Of a stretch of DNA of 64,000 nucleotides, positions 40,498 through 50,424 are shown one piece after another (position 1 is the first letter of the stretch; every line of letters starts with the position of its first letter). Origin of the DNA: Chthoniobacteraceae bacterium (lineage in GTDB: Bacteria > Verrucomicrobiota > Verrucomicrobiia > Chthoniobacterales > Chthoniobacteraceae); contig JBBCKI010000010.1 in assembly GCA_037190965.1 (NCBI GenBank), positions 62,229 to 126,228 of the forward strand, read 5' to 3'. The notes beneath the pieces are model-generated. The model did no database searches, was not told where the DNA came from, and saw nothing but the letters and a program-made list of their open reading frames with translations. A program made the translations under genes and the position numbers.

Positions 40498-40568
40498 TCT
40501 TTGCTAATTCTGCCAGTGCGACCGGTAAGGCCGATCCCATAGGACAAAACGATCAGTACCGCGGAATC

Positions 40569-40982
40569 ATGAGCAAGCTCACTGGAGTTATTGAAACAGC
40601 CCTTTACGTTGAAGATCTGGAGCGCGCGGTGAAGTTCTACAAAACGCTCTTCGAACTGGAGACGCTCGCCTTCGATGATCGTTTCCATGCATTGAGCGTG
40701 GCCGATCAACACGTGCTGCTGCTCTTTCGCCAAGGAGGTTCGCTTTCCCATACTCCTTTGCCCGGCGGCATCATTCCTCCACACGACGGCTCAGGACCGG
40801 TTCATATTGGGTTCTCCATCCCGCAGGGCAGCATTCAGGAGTGGGAATCACGCCTTGCCGATCATGGGATCGCCATTGAAGGAAAAGTGGATTGGCCGCG
40901 TGGCGGTACAAGCCTCTACTTTCGTGATCCCGACGGGCATCTCCTCGAGGTTCTTACTCCGGGGGTCTGGCGAATCTTCTGA
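40569..40982 (+). CDS. VOC/glyoxalase family protein
   Basis: ETALYVEDLERA..FY, H..F, SLYFRDPDGHLLE. Confidence 0.9.
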   Translation: MSKLTGVIETALYVEDLERAVKFYKTLFELETLAFDDRFHALSVADQHVLLLFRQGGSLSHTPLPGGIIPPHDGSGPVHIGFSIPQGSIQEWESRLADHGIAIEGKVDWPRGGTSLYFRDPDGHLLEVLTPGVWRIF

Positions 40983-41463
40983 GGTCCGTGAAGGGGCTGC
41001 CAAGATTGGGTTCCTCCGGTGGCACCGAATCAAATTGGGGGAAATCCTAAAAGCGCTCCCACCGTCAGAGCAATTCAGCGTTGTGAGATTTCGCTTTCAC
41101 TTTTCCTCAGGACGGGTTGTTCAATCCGCTGGAAGGTGGTTTCCTGCATTGCGCGATTGTATTCATGGCCTGAATCGAAGAAGAGGCTTCCCCAGTTCGC
41201 CCATCAATTCGATGCCTAATGCTGACGAGTGAAGCAGAAATCCAAGCAGCAAACTGATCTCGCCCCCTACTTGGAACCGTCAACAATGGCCTTCCGGGTC
41301 ACTGCGGCACCTTCTTCTCACTCAGCAATGGGACGAACGTATGATAGTCCGTGGCTTTCCATTGTCTGTCGGATGCGGCGGCTCCGGCTTAGAGATGGCG
41401 ATCAGAAGCCCTTGCTGGGTGCACAGCAAGATTGCTGCAAAAGTGATTGTTCGAAATGCTTCA

Positions 41464-42573
41464 TTATTTGACTTGGCGGGTGCGCCCCGATCTTTCGAGC
41501 GTCGGCCGCGTCATCGACTGCCGCCACATAATTTCGCAGGGAAAAACGTGCTCTTCCTCACCCATTTTGGTGCCGCCGATCTGCTCCACAAGAAGATCCA
41601 TGGCTTTTCTACACATGGCTTCAGTGGGGAAGGCAACGGTTGTCAACGGCACCTTGCCTTCGGTGGTATGGGCAAGATTGTCGAATCCACTGAGGGCAAT
41701 CTTCTCCGGGACGTCGATGTTGTTCTGGAGGTAATAGGTCAAAGCTCCGGTCGCGTAGTCGTCATTCGCGAGGAAGAAGGCGTCGACCGATGTTCCCACG
41801 CGTTGGGCGGCTTCCCGGCCCGGAAGGAAGGGCCTGAACGCGATGATGGGTGACTCATCGTGAAGGATGACGGCCGATTTAAATCGAGTCTTCGGTTTTA
41901 CGTCACACAGGTCCAGATTGATGGGCGGTGCCCAACCGGCCTGCTCCAGGGCAGTTTGGAAGCCTTCGCAACGTTCGCGGGTTTGCCAGGCTGTGTAGTT
42001 CTCCTTGCGCACCAGAAGGGCGGGACGTTTGCGTCCCGAAGCGAGACACGATGAAACGAGGGTCGAGATAGCCCCTTTAATCCCATGGCGCACCCAAGGG
42101 GTCTTTGGTAACCCAAGATCGAGGCTGACAAGAGGGATTCCCGCTTCATGAAAACGGGTGAAGTCCATCTCGGTGGTTTGAGGGTTGCCTGAGACGATGA
42201 CTCCTTCGGGCCGCATCGCAATGACCTGATCGATAAGGCCATTGCCATTAACGCCCCACCAGGCATCGATCACCTGGTAGTCATACCCTAGTTCGTGCGT
42301 GAGTAGCCCGATCTGGTAGGCTTGGCGGTTCACCCATTCAGCCAGCACCCCCATGTTGAAAAAAATGATCAGATTGGTTCGTGCCCCGCGCATGATCCGG
42401 GCTGCGCGGTTGGGTTGGTACCCCATCTCCCTCGCCTTCTCCTCAACGCGGCGCACCGTTTCTTTGTTGAGATGCTTTCGAAGGGGCGATTTGTTGTTGC
42501 TCACAACCAGGCCGACCGTTGAGGCGCTAAGGCCCAAGGCTTTTGCGATGTCGGTGAGGGTAACGCGTTGCAT
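41464..42573 (-). CDS. LacI family regulator (paralog 1)
   Basis: TLTDIAKALGLSASTV HTH, GYQPNRAA, ND..A.G, GFDN, LTTV. Confidence 0.92.
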   Translation of the reverse strand: MQRVTLTDIAKALGLSASTVGLVVSNNKSPLRKHLNKETVRRVEEKAREMGYQPNRAARIMRGARTNLIIFFNMGVLAEWVNRQAYQIGLLTHELGYDYQVIDAWWGVNGNGLIDQVIAMRPEGVIVSGNPQTTEMDFTRFHEAGIPLVSLDLGLPKTPWVRHGIKGAISTLVSSCLASGRKRPALLVRKENYTAWQTRERCEGFQTALEQAGWAPPINLDLCDVKPKTRFKSAVILHDESPIIAFRPFLPGREAAQRVGTSVDAFFLANDDYATGALTYYLQNNIDVPEKIALSGFDNLAHTTEGKVPLTTVAFPTEAMCRKAMDLLVEQIGGTKMGEEEHVFPCEIMWRQSMTRPTLERSGRTRQVK

Positions 42574-42581
42574 TTTTTAAA

Positions 42582-42622
42582 GGCTCACAATGAGCCGATG
42601 CTTAGTCAATATTATTTTTGAC
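42582..42622. promoter_or_regulatory. Candidate promoter/operator of LacI paralog 1
   Basis: Palindrome GGCTCA-CAA-TGAGCC (42582-42596) and GTCAA...TTGAC; minus strand TTGAC..ATTGTGA shared with the paralog 2 upstream region. Confidence 0.5.
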
Positions 42623-42687
42623 ACTTTGGTCATCAATCAGTATTGCGGTTCATTGATAATGTAGGCGGCTTTGGAGTAAGTAATTGG

Positions 42688-43710
42688 CTAATCAACAAAG
42701 GAGAACAGGGAGCCTCGTTGAGCTTTTTTTGCCGCGGTAACCAATGTTTTGGCGATCGCGACATCGAGGGCTCCTGTTCCGATCGGAATGCATATGATGC
42801 GCTCTGCTTCGCTCGTGATCGTTTTGTGTCCGCAGGCCAATTCTCCGATAGTGGCGAAAATGTTCGAGGCGGTGATTTTTCCCTCCGCACTGAGTTTCTT
42901 CAGGACTCCGCGGTGAAGAGCCTGCTCTACGTGGTCGACGATGATCTTATCTGAGTTGACGATCAGGGCGTCTTCGCACTCCTGGTACGATCCCATGGGG
43001 AAGACAACAGTTCCGGGCTTGATCCACTCGTTTTTCAAAAATTGATCTTTGGCTTGGGTGACGGTAATCACCACATCGGCCTGGGCCGCCTCTTCCGGTG
43101 ATTCGACGATGATGATCTCTCCATCGACCCGGTTTTTGAGGTTCTCCTTGAATCGAAGAGCCGTTTCCCTGTTGATGTCGTAGACTCTGAGTTCCTTGAT
43201 GGAAAAGATCTCACTGATGGCTTCGACCTGGGTGTGTCCTTGCATCCCCGCGCCATAGATCCCGACGCTGATGGATTTGGGCTTGTTGAGATACATCAAA
43301 GCGACGGCGGTTTGCGCCCCCGTTCGAAGATTGGTAATGTGGGCTCCTTCCAGGATGCCGGTGAAGTTTCCTGTCCTTGGGTCGACCATCACAATCAATC
43401 CCGTGAGGTAGGGGAGCCCCAGCCTTTTTCTTTCTCCCAAAAAGCCGCCTACAAACTTCATTCCTGCTGCATCGAGGTGGCCGACGTAGGCGGGCATTGA
43501 GTTCATGAATCCCTCGTAAGGAGGATAGGCCGCGGTTTCTCCAAGGTCTAGTGTGACTTTTGTAGGGTTGATGGTGGTTCCCGTCCCGAGGCCCTTGAAT
43601 GTCTTATCGCAAATATCGATAACATCCTTCATCGTTATCAATGCCTTGATGTCATTCTGATTCAGGAGGAGGGTCTCTTCTGCGCGTTCGGAAGAATTTG
43701 AACTATTCAT
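42688..43710 (-). CDS. Ornithine cyclodeaminase / mu-crystallin family protein
   Basis: MPAYVG, ITNLRTGA, GAGMQG Rossmann motif, ADVV.T.T, G...LD.A.A. Confidence 0.88.
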   Translation of the reverse strand: MNSSNSSERAEETLLLNQNDIKALITMKDVIDICDKTFKGLGTGTTINPTKVTLDLGETAAYPPYEGFMNSMPAYVGHLDAAGMKFVGGFLGERKRLGLPYLTGLIVMVDPRTGNFTGILEGAHITNLRTGAQTAVALMYLNKPKSISVGIYGAGMQGHTQVEAISEIFSIKELRVYDINRETALRFKENLKNRVDGEIIIVESPEEAAQADVVITVTQAKDQFLKNEWIKPGTVVFPMGSYQECEDALIVNSDKIIVDHVEQALHRGVLKKLSAEGKITASNIFATIGELACGHKTITSEAERIICIPIGTGALDVAIAKTLVTAAKKAQRGSLFSFVD

Positions 43711-43714
43711 AGGG

Positions 43715-45205
43715 TCAAATGGATTCAAAAGGAAATAGGGGGCGGCGACGATGGTGGTAGGGGAGGGATTCCATATCCGCGGAGGTCATTCCGGGGGTGT
43801 TGACGCGGATAAGGGTGGGGCAGATTTCTTCAAAGCCCCCCACAGGGCCGTGGACTCCCTTGAGAATAATGATGTCGAACTCGCACGGGTTGATACCGCA
43901 GGAGAGCAATGGTTGTGCGCTTCCTGAAGTGACGATGCGATTGCTGCTAAGCATGAGAGTCAGACCTCTGTCGGTTTTTGCGACGATGGTTGGCCCCATG
44001 TCGCCGCCTGTTCTCCCGCCATGGATGGGCTTGGTTTCGGTGAACCTGCCATCATGAATGCTGATGACGGTGACTTTTGTTTTGATAGGAGGGGCAGGTG
44101 TCGACGCGAGCTTGCCCCCAATCTTCAGCAATACGCGGGCGCCGATGCCGGCGGTTAGCGCTGTTTTGACGCTCTCGGGATCAGCGAGGAAAAAGATGGT
44201 TCTGAATTGGCCAGACTTTTCGCAGAGCCGCGCGAGGACGGTGGAATCCCCCGGCGCGCCGCCCCCAAGGTTGTCGCCCATGTCGAGTAGGCCGACCGGT
44301 TTTTGGGCGGATTCAACGCGGGCAAAGGCGTCTTTAGGGGAAATCATTATTCCGCGAAAAAGCTCCCGGTTTGCGATCAACCAGGACTCAAGCCGCTCGG
44401 CCTCCCGTTGGGCGAGGTCGGGTTGATTGTCGGTGATCACGATGAATGCCGAGCCCATTTCGGGAACGTCAGCATAGGGAAATCCAAGCGCGACACTGGC
44501 GGATAGCACTCCGGGGATGGACCGGGTGGCCTCCAGTTCGCGTTGAAGGCTGAGCATCGGTTCTGCGCTTGTCAGTTGGCGTTCAATGTTGATCGCGACA
44601 CGGGGGAGTGCTCCTGCCATTACGGGGCGGATGTCTCCGTGCAGGGTTTTGACCATCAGGTTCGCCGCTTCGATCCCGCGCTGCCGCTGGTCAAGATGAG
44701 GGTTCTCCCGGTAGGCAGTGATCGCATTGCAGGCCAGAAGCATTTCCTGGGTAAGATTGGCGTGTGGATCGATGACGGCAATGAGCGGGAGCAAGCTTCC
44801 GATTTCTTCTCGCACCTTGCCGAGCAGCCATCCGTCCATATCCGTCCGTGATTCGCTGACGCCTGCGCCATGGGGGGCGATGAGGACGCCGTCCAGCGGC
44901 CCCGCCTTTTTGAGTTGATCTTCGATCAGCTCCCAAAGGACATCCAAAGTTGCATCGCTCACCTTTCCCCATGGCATTGCGTGAGCCATGATCAACGGCA
45001 CTGCTTCGACATCGGCCTCCTCTAGCGTCTGGAAGAAGCCGCTAACTTCGTGATGGGCATGGCTATACTTTTCCCTGATCTCTTCGCCAAGGAGAAAGAC
45101 ATACTGGCGAAAGTGGTCGAGCGTGGTCGGTTCGGGAATAAAGGTGTTGCTTTCGTGATGGATGTTGATGAGCGCTACGCGAAACTTTTTCGAGTCTGAT
45201 TTCAT
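43715..45205 (-). CDS. M81/MlrC family metallopeptidase (amidase)
   Basis: HESNTF, PHGAG, DPHAN, YR..PH.D, GFPYADVPEMG, DN.GGG.PGDST; no signal peptide. Confidence 0.88.
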   Translation of the reverse strand: MKSDSKKFRVALINIHHESNTFIPEPTTLDHFRQYVFLLGEEIREKYSHAHHEVSGFFQTLEEADVEAVPLIMAHAMPWGKVSDATLDVLWELIEDQLKKAGPLDGVLIAPHGAGVSESRTDMDGWLLGKVREEIGSLLPLIAVIDPHANLTQEMLLACNAITAYRENPHLDQRQRGIEAANLMVKTLHGDIRPVMAGALPRVAINIERQLTSAEPMLSLQRELEATRSIPGVLSASVALGFPYADVPEMGSAFIVITDNQPDLAQREAERLESWLIANRELFRGIMISPKDAFARVESAQKPVGLLDMGDNLGGGAPGDSTVLARLCEKSGQFRTIFFLADPESVKTALTAGIGARVLLKIGGKLASTPAPPIKTKVTVISIHDGRFTETKPIHGGRTGGDMGPTIVAKTDRGLTLMLSSNRIVTSGSAQPLLSCGINPCEFDIIILKGVHGPVGGFEEICPTLIRVNTPGMTSADMESLPYHHRRRPLFPFESI

Positions 45206-45239
45206 CGTATTGAACTGGCACCGTTGAAAGGGCGGCTTT

Positions 45240-46376
45240 TCACCGCTCGCCGATTGGAAGGGCGAGGACCGCCGGGGTGCGCGTGGCCGGGCGAACCTCG
45301 CCGGAAATGACGACACAAGAGTTTTGCCAGATTGTGGCGGCTGCTGCGCAGGTCGGTTCGGGGCCGGGGCTGGCGGTCTTCGTGGAGTCGATGTGACGCA
45401 CACACGGGAAGCTGGGCCCCTGCCGCCATTGCTTTTTGTTGGGGTTATAAATGAAAGTCTCCGAGTCGAAGCCGGGATGGTCTTTCAGTTCCCCGGTAAA
45501 TACATGGGCATACCCGCCAGTGATGAAGACTTCCCGATTCGGCATTGAGAATGCGCACGCTCCGGCTCGGGGAGCCGGGAGGGGAGGCAACAGCTCCCAT
45601 TGCCCTTGGCGGGGATCGAAGCGGTAGACGCTATCGCTTGTTTTGCGGAGGCCGGTTTTTCCGTCTGTGCTTGGCAGAATGGTCAATCCTCCGATGACGT
45701 AGAAGTGCTCGCCATCGGTTGCCCCAGCGGAGGCGAAGAGGCCCGGGCAGGGAAGATCGGCCAGTCTCTCCCACTCCATTGAGGAGGCGGGGCTATCGAG
45801 ATTTATCACCCAGCAGGAGTTGGTCGGCGCTGCCGAAAGCGCAGAGATTCCCCCTGCCAGATAGAGCCGCGAGCCTACCGTCGCGGCGGCGGTGAGGGCG
45901 AGTCGTTTGGGGAGCTTCGGCAATTCCTTTATCACAAGTTGGCCATCCAGCCATTGCAATTGGAGCACCTCATCCAGGCACTCTTTATCGTTCATCCCAC
46001 CGGCAACGATGACGGCGTCCCGGTAGGTCGCCGAAGCCATCAAAGATCTGGGGGTGGGCAGCAATTTATCCAGGCATCTCCATGGGCCGTCAGGCTGTTC
46101 CAGCAGATAGATGCGGGCGCTGTGGACTTTGTCTCCGCCTGCCCACAAAGGCTTGTCGGGGAACTGGCTGCCGCCGCCGGACAGAAGAACGCGCCCCTCG
46201 CCCGATGTCCCTGCAAACATCCCGGCAAATCCAATGGCGTCCGGAATCGGCGTGAACGGTTGCCACTGTTCCGAGGGCGTCGCCTCTGCGGAAGCCGCTG
46301 AGTCGGTGGCGGCGCTGCTCAGTTTGGGCATTGAGATCAAATTCAATGCCAGGAATCCTAAGATCGCGGCCTTCAT
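45240..46376 (-). CDS. Secreted Kelch-repeat beta-propeller (NanM-like)
   Basis: Signal peptide; GFAGMFAG, GG.QFP...GG.K, repeated GG..W..LP Kelch motifs, ISGEVRPATRTP C-terminus like NanM GE.RP. Confidence 0.75.
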   Translation of the reverse strand: MKAAILGFLALNLISMPKLSSAATDSAASAEATPSEQWQPFTPIPDAIGFAGMFAGTSGEGRVLLSGGGSQFPDKPLWAGGDKVHSARIYLLEQPDGPWRCLDKLLPTPRSLMASATYRDAVIVAGGMNDKECLDEVLQLQWLDGQLVIKELPKLPKRLALTAAATVGSRLYLAGGISALSAAPTNSCWVINLDSPASSMEWERLADLPCPGLFASAGATDGEHFYVIGGLTILPSTDGKTGLRKTSDSVYRFDPRQGQWELLPPLPAPRAGACAFSMPNREVFITGGYAHVFTGELKDHPGFDSETFIYNPNKKQWRQGPSFPCVRHIDSTKTASPGPEPTCAAAATIWQNSCVVISGEVRPATRTPAVLALPIGER

Positions 46377-47935
46377 TGCTCCGGCGTACGGGAAGCCGGC
46401 ACCGCTACGTTGGTCGGCGGGAGGGGAACTCTTGATCCTGGCAGGCTGAAGCTTTGCTGCTTTTCGTCGGGCGCTTCGAAAACCAGGCTGGCGAGTGTGC
46501 CGACGATGAAGGTCACCACGAACCCGGTGCACGCATACCACATAAACGAGACGGATGTCAAAAACCCGACGCAGAGGACCGCGATGAACCCTGAGATCGC
46601 GCCGATCAAGGTCCCGGCTCCGTTAGCCCTGCGGGAGCACACCCCGAGGAAGAAGATGCCCAACATCGGCCCGCCGAGAAATCCCGCGATTTTGTTGGAG
46701 GCCTCGACCAACGATCCCAGGCGGCCTACGACGAGAGCGAGGAGCGTCGTCGTCACCCCGAAAAAGACGGTCCAGATTCGCGCCGTGCGTACGCGATTTC
46801 TCTCCGAGGCTTCATCTTCATTGGCGTGAGGGCCTACATAGATGAAGTCCATCAGGGTGGCGGTGGTGAGTGAGTTGATCCCGGCGGAGACAGTGGACAT
46901 GGTTGCCGCGAGGATGGCCGCAACCAACAGGCCCGGCAGCGGGGCGCTAAGCCGGTGGCTCACAAAATGGGGGAGGACGCGATCGGCGCTCGACAGGGTC
47001 GCCAGCATCTCGGGATGCGTCTGGTAAAAGGAATAGAGGACCAACCCGGCGAAGTAGAACATCCCGAGCAGCGGCAACGAGAGGGCCAGCTTCCCCCACA
47101 GCGCGCGCCGCGCCTCTTTGACTGATGAGGCTGTTAGATAGCGCTGGACGGAGACCTGGTCGGTGATCAGCCCGGAAAGGCTAATGATGCAACCGCCAAA
47201 GAATGCGCCCCAGAATGTCATCCTTTTATTCAGGGAGGGGGTGAAATCAAAAAACTGCGTCCTGCCTCCTGCCTCCGCTACTTCCCAGACACCGGCCAAT
47301 CCGCCGGGAACACTCTTGATTGCGACGACCATGATAATGAGCATGGCGACGACAAAGACGGTAAACTGCATCACGTCGGTGTAGATGACGGCACGCATCC
47401 CGCCGATGGTGGTATAGAACAAGGTCGCGGCACCGGCCAATACAATCGACACCCAGAGCGGGAGACCGATCATTTCTGAAATGACCAGCGAGGGAGCATA
47501 GACAGCCAAGGCTAGCCAAAGGCTGCCACGGAAGATGAATGCCGCAGAGGTGATTCGCCGCAAGCGCAGACTGAAGCGGTGTTCCAGGTATTCATAGGCG
47601 GTAAAAAGGTTCTTTTTGAAAAAGAAGGGGATGAAGATGGTCGCAGTGATGGGAGTGGCGACCCAAAGGGCAACAATGCCCCACAGATAGACCAGGTTAT
47701 TCCCATAGATCTCAGCCGGTGCCCCGAGGAAACTGATTCCGCTGAAAAGCGCCGCCAGGATGGAAATCGCGATTAGCGACCAGTGCATTTGATGCCCGGC
47801 CAGCAGGTAGTCTTTGAGATTCTTCTGCTTCCCCCCGGCTTTGAGCCCCAGGTAAATGGAAAGGAAGAGATAGAGGGCGCAAACCAGATAGTCCCATTGC
47901 GAGATCGTGGTCTGGATGGAGGACGGGGAAGTCAT
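46373..47935 (-). CDS. Sodium:solute symporter (sugar/sialic-acid SSS type)
   Basis: About 13 TMs; S.ISFLG.P, AYEYLE.RF, GGMRAVIYTDVMQ, DQ..VQRYL, AATMST.S.GINSL. Confidence 0.9.
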   Translation of the reverse strand: MTSPSSIQTTISQWDYLVCALYLFLSIYLGLKAGGKQKNLKDYLLAGHQMHWSLIAISILAALFSGISFLGAPAEIYGNNLVYLWGIVALWVATPITATIFIPFFFKKNLFTAYEYLEHRFSLRLRRITSAAFIFRGSLWLALAVYAPSLVISEMIGLPLWVSIVLAGAATLFYTTIGGMRAVIYTDVMQFTVFVVAMLIIMVVAIKSVPGGLAGVWEVAEAGGRTQFFDFTPSLNKRMTFWGAFFGGCIISLSGLITDQVSVQRYLTASSVKEARRALWGKLALSLPLLGMFYFAGLVLYSFYQTHPEMLATLSSADRVLPHFVSHRLSAPLPGLLVAAILAATMSTVSAGINSLTTATLMDFIYVGPHANEDEASERNRVRTARIWTVFFGVTTTLLALVVGRLGSLVEASNKIAGFLGGPMLGIFFLGVCSRRANGAGTLIGAISGFIAVLCVGFLTSVSFMWYACTGFVVTFIVGTLASLVFEAPDEKQQSFSLPGSRVPLPPTNVAVPASRTPEQ

Positions 47936-47961
47936 TGGGGCGGGATGGACTGTTTCTCAGG

Positions 47962-50424
47962 CTAGTAGCGCAAAGGTTTGTTTAGGATGACCCGGAATTT
48001 GACGGCTCCGGCATCTTCGTAGCGTTCCACCATGGAGAGCTGGCTGGCCTCACCTTTGGGGATCAGTTTTCCGGTGCTGGTCTGTATGACCCGCTGGCCT
48101 ACGCTGTAGATGGTGAAGATGGAACCGCGGGTGGTTGCGAGATCCAGAATCCCTGAGAGACGGGCTTCGGAGGCTTCCCCTTCATCGCTGATCCCCGCAA
48201 ACTCGACGATATTCCCCGGATACTGGATCAGGCCCGAACCTGCCATTTTTCCTTTTGCGATAGTTGTGTTGGCGAGCGTTTGTTGAATGATTGAGGAAGC
48301 GGCCGTTGTCTTTTGAGCTTCGGTAAACTGGGTGCTGACACCCAGAAGGGACTTGAGCGCTTGAGGACGTTCGACGGTGGAGAATGGCTTCAGAGCGGAA
48401 TTAAGATTAACCAAGCCGCCCTTGCCGTTCATCCTCTCGAGCAGAGCGTTTGTTTCATTGGCGGGGATATTGGGTAAGGCAAATGCGTCGAGAATGATCC
48501 AGTCCGGGACTGAGGCGAGGTGGGCGCTCGCCTGGGGGTGGCGCGGCTGCAAACGAAGGGTGCGCCAAGGTACCGATGGAGTGCCCGGCACGGTGGAGAT
48601 GCCGGTATGAACCCGGCCTAGCTCGGCCAGGGACTCCACGTAACCTGTCAGGTTACCGGGGCTTCCGGCGGGAGCGGGGAGAACCGTGCCTTCATCGGTA
48701 ATGTTCCCGTTAACATCGAGATCCTGCCCCAACTGGTAATTGCTGGGAGGAACACCTAGCCCTATATGAGCCCTCATCTTTGCCGCGTCTGTCAAATCGG
48801 CGAACCGATTTGGGCCCGGAGCGCTCCAGTCGTCCTTTGTCCCTCCGAGGAATGGATCTGTTACTTTGATGGTCTGAATGAGCGTTTCATCAGCGGGCAT
48901 GGAGGGATCACCGCTTGATGGAGCTGAAACAGTTACCGGGAAATCATAGAGTTCGACGTAAGCCCCTTGACCCGATGGATAGACATCAAACATGTCAGCT
49001 AAACCATTTCTATAGAGTCGGAAGTGCCTGGCATAAACAGCCCCCGTGTTAGGAATAGGTGTGATTAGTGGCCGACTCAAAAGAACATATCTACCCGCGT
49101 CAAGCGTCGTATTGGGGAGCCATATGTCTTGCTCGGCAACGTTTCCAGCAGTGACAACCATGCCGCGCCATGAACTCATTGTGTAGCTTTGAAGTCCCGC
49201 GTTTCTAGGAAGCGTGAGTACAAAGTAGATGCGGCCATTCGACGGGTTTGTGCTACTCCTCCAAAAGCCGATCTCAACCATTCTGAATCTTCGGGTAGCG
49301 CCTGCGAAGATTTTTCCTGAAGATCCGACTCCGTGCCTCATCGGTTTGATGACGTCGTCGGCGCTCTCGCGGCACCGGACATATTCCATGATATTAAGAG
49401 CCAATTGATCTAACAGCCCGCTGTTGTTACTGTAGTATTTTGCTTGAAGGCTCCCTTCCAACCCTTCTCCCCAGTCGGCGCGTGATAGGTAATTGCGAAG
49501 GGTTGCTTTTGTGGTATCAATCGCTGCGGATGTAGAGACGTTGATGTAGGGCAGTTGCGTTCCATCCTTGGCCTTGGCTCTCGCCGGTTTGGTGGTCAGG
49601 ACAATCTTTGGGAGTCCGAAGGATGTGAGCTGGGCGTCGGGCGAGGCATTGACATTTGTGGTCCAGAATTTTGATTCCCTTGCGAGGGTACTATAACTCG
49701 CAAAGTTGTTGCCGAAGGCTTTCGAGATGTCTTGGGGGGTATTGAAAAAGTTTCCCCCTGCGCGGAAGTCGCGGATAGATTTTACATCGTCCGGGGTCAT
49801 TGTGGGGAATGCACCTGTGAGCGGAATGCGGCTGGGATGTGCTTGGGAGTTTACGATGTTGATGGCCGGGTCTGCGCTCCAGGCTGTGTTCACGTTGACG
49901 CGTGCGGTGTTGTCGTCCGTCCAGAATGCATAGCGCCCGACAACCTTGTTGGCGGCGTCGTAAGTGGCGTTGGCCGTGCGTACACCGTTCTCGCGAATGT
50001 AGATCCAGGAGAGGGGCATCTTGATGCTCGGGTCATAGGCAATAACTCCTTCGCTAGGGTTCTGGAGCATTGCTGCGTTGAGGTTCACGCCATCGGCCGG
50101 GGTGGCGGCCAGGCCGGAGTGGAGATCGATAAGCTCGGAAGTGACGCTGGTGCCGCTCGCGATCAGTTTTTCGATCCTGCCGGGCTGGGAGATCCAACGC
50201 GCATCGGTCTGGCCGGTGGCGTATTGCAACAAGGCGATGCCTTGGTTCACGCCATCCTGTGCGAATTGATTGGCGGAAAAGTTACCCATGATCGAACTGG
50301 AGGACTGCCGGCTCGACTGGGCCTTCACGAGGGAGGCGAGGATGATCGTCGTAAGAAGGACGAGCAGCATCAACGTGATAATGAGGGCGCTGCCCATTGT
50401 GCGGGGCTTCATGAATGGTATCAT
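47962..50424 (-). CDS. Verru_Chthon cassette protein A-like (large PilX/GspK-like minor pilin)
   Basis: G|SALIITL hydrophobic N-terminus, WISQPG, W.YI, GRYAFW.DD...VNVN.A, G..NLN, TTR...FTIY.VGQ, ER C-terminal pattern. Confidence 0.75.
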   Translation of the reverse strand: MIPFMKPRTMGSALIITLMLLVLLTTIILASLVKAQSSRQSSSSIMGNFSANQFAQDGVNQGIALLQYATGQTDARWISQPGRIEKLIASGTSVTSELIDLHSGLAATPADGVNLNAAMLQNPSEGVIAYDPSIKMPLSWIYIRENGVRTANATYDAANKVVGRYAFWTDDNTARVNVNTAWSADPAINIVNSQAHPSRIPLTGAFPTMTPDDVKSIRDFRAGGNFFNTPQDISKAFGNNFASYSTLARESKFWTTNVNASPDAQLTSFGLPKIVLTTKPARAKAKDGTQLPYINVSTSAAIDTTKATLRNYLSRADWGEGLEGSLQAKYYSNNSGLLDQLALNIMEYVRCRESADDVIKPMRHGVGSSGKIFAGATRRFRMVEIGFWRSSTNPSNGRIYFVLTLPRNAGLQSYTMSSWRGMVVTAGNVAEQDIWLPNTTLDAGRYVLLSRPLITPIPNTGAVYARHFRLYRNGLADMFDVYPSGQGAYVELYDFPVTVSAPSSGDPSMPADETLIQTIKVTDPFLGGTKDDWSAPGPNRFADLTDAAKMRAHIGLGVPPSNYQLGQDLDVNGNITDEGTVLPAPAGSPGNLTGYVESLAELGRVHTGISTVPGTPSVPWRTLRLQPRHPQASAHLASVPDWIILDAFALPNIPANETNALLERMNGKGGLVNLNSALKPFSTVERPQALKSLLGVSTQFTEAQKTTAASSIIQQTLANTTIAKGKMAGSGLIQYPGNIVEFAGISDEGEASEARLSGILDLATTRGSIFTIYSVGQRVIQTSTGKLIPKGEASQLSMVERYEDAGAVKFRVILNKPLRY

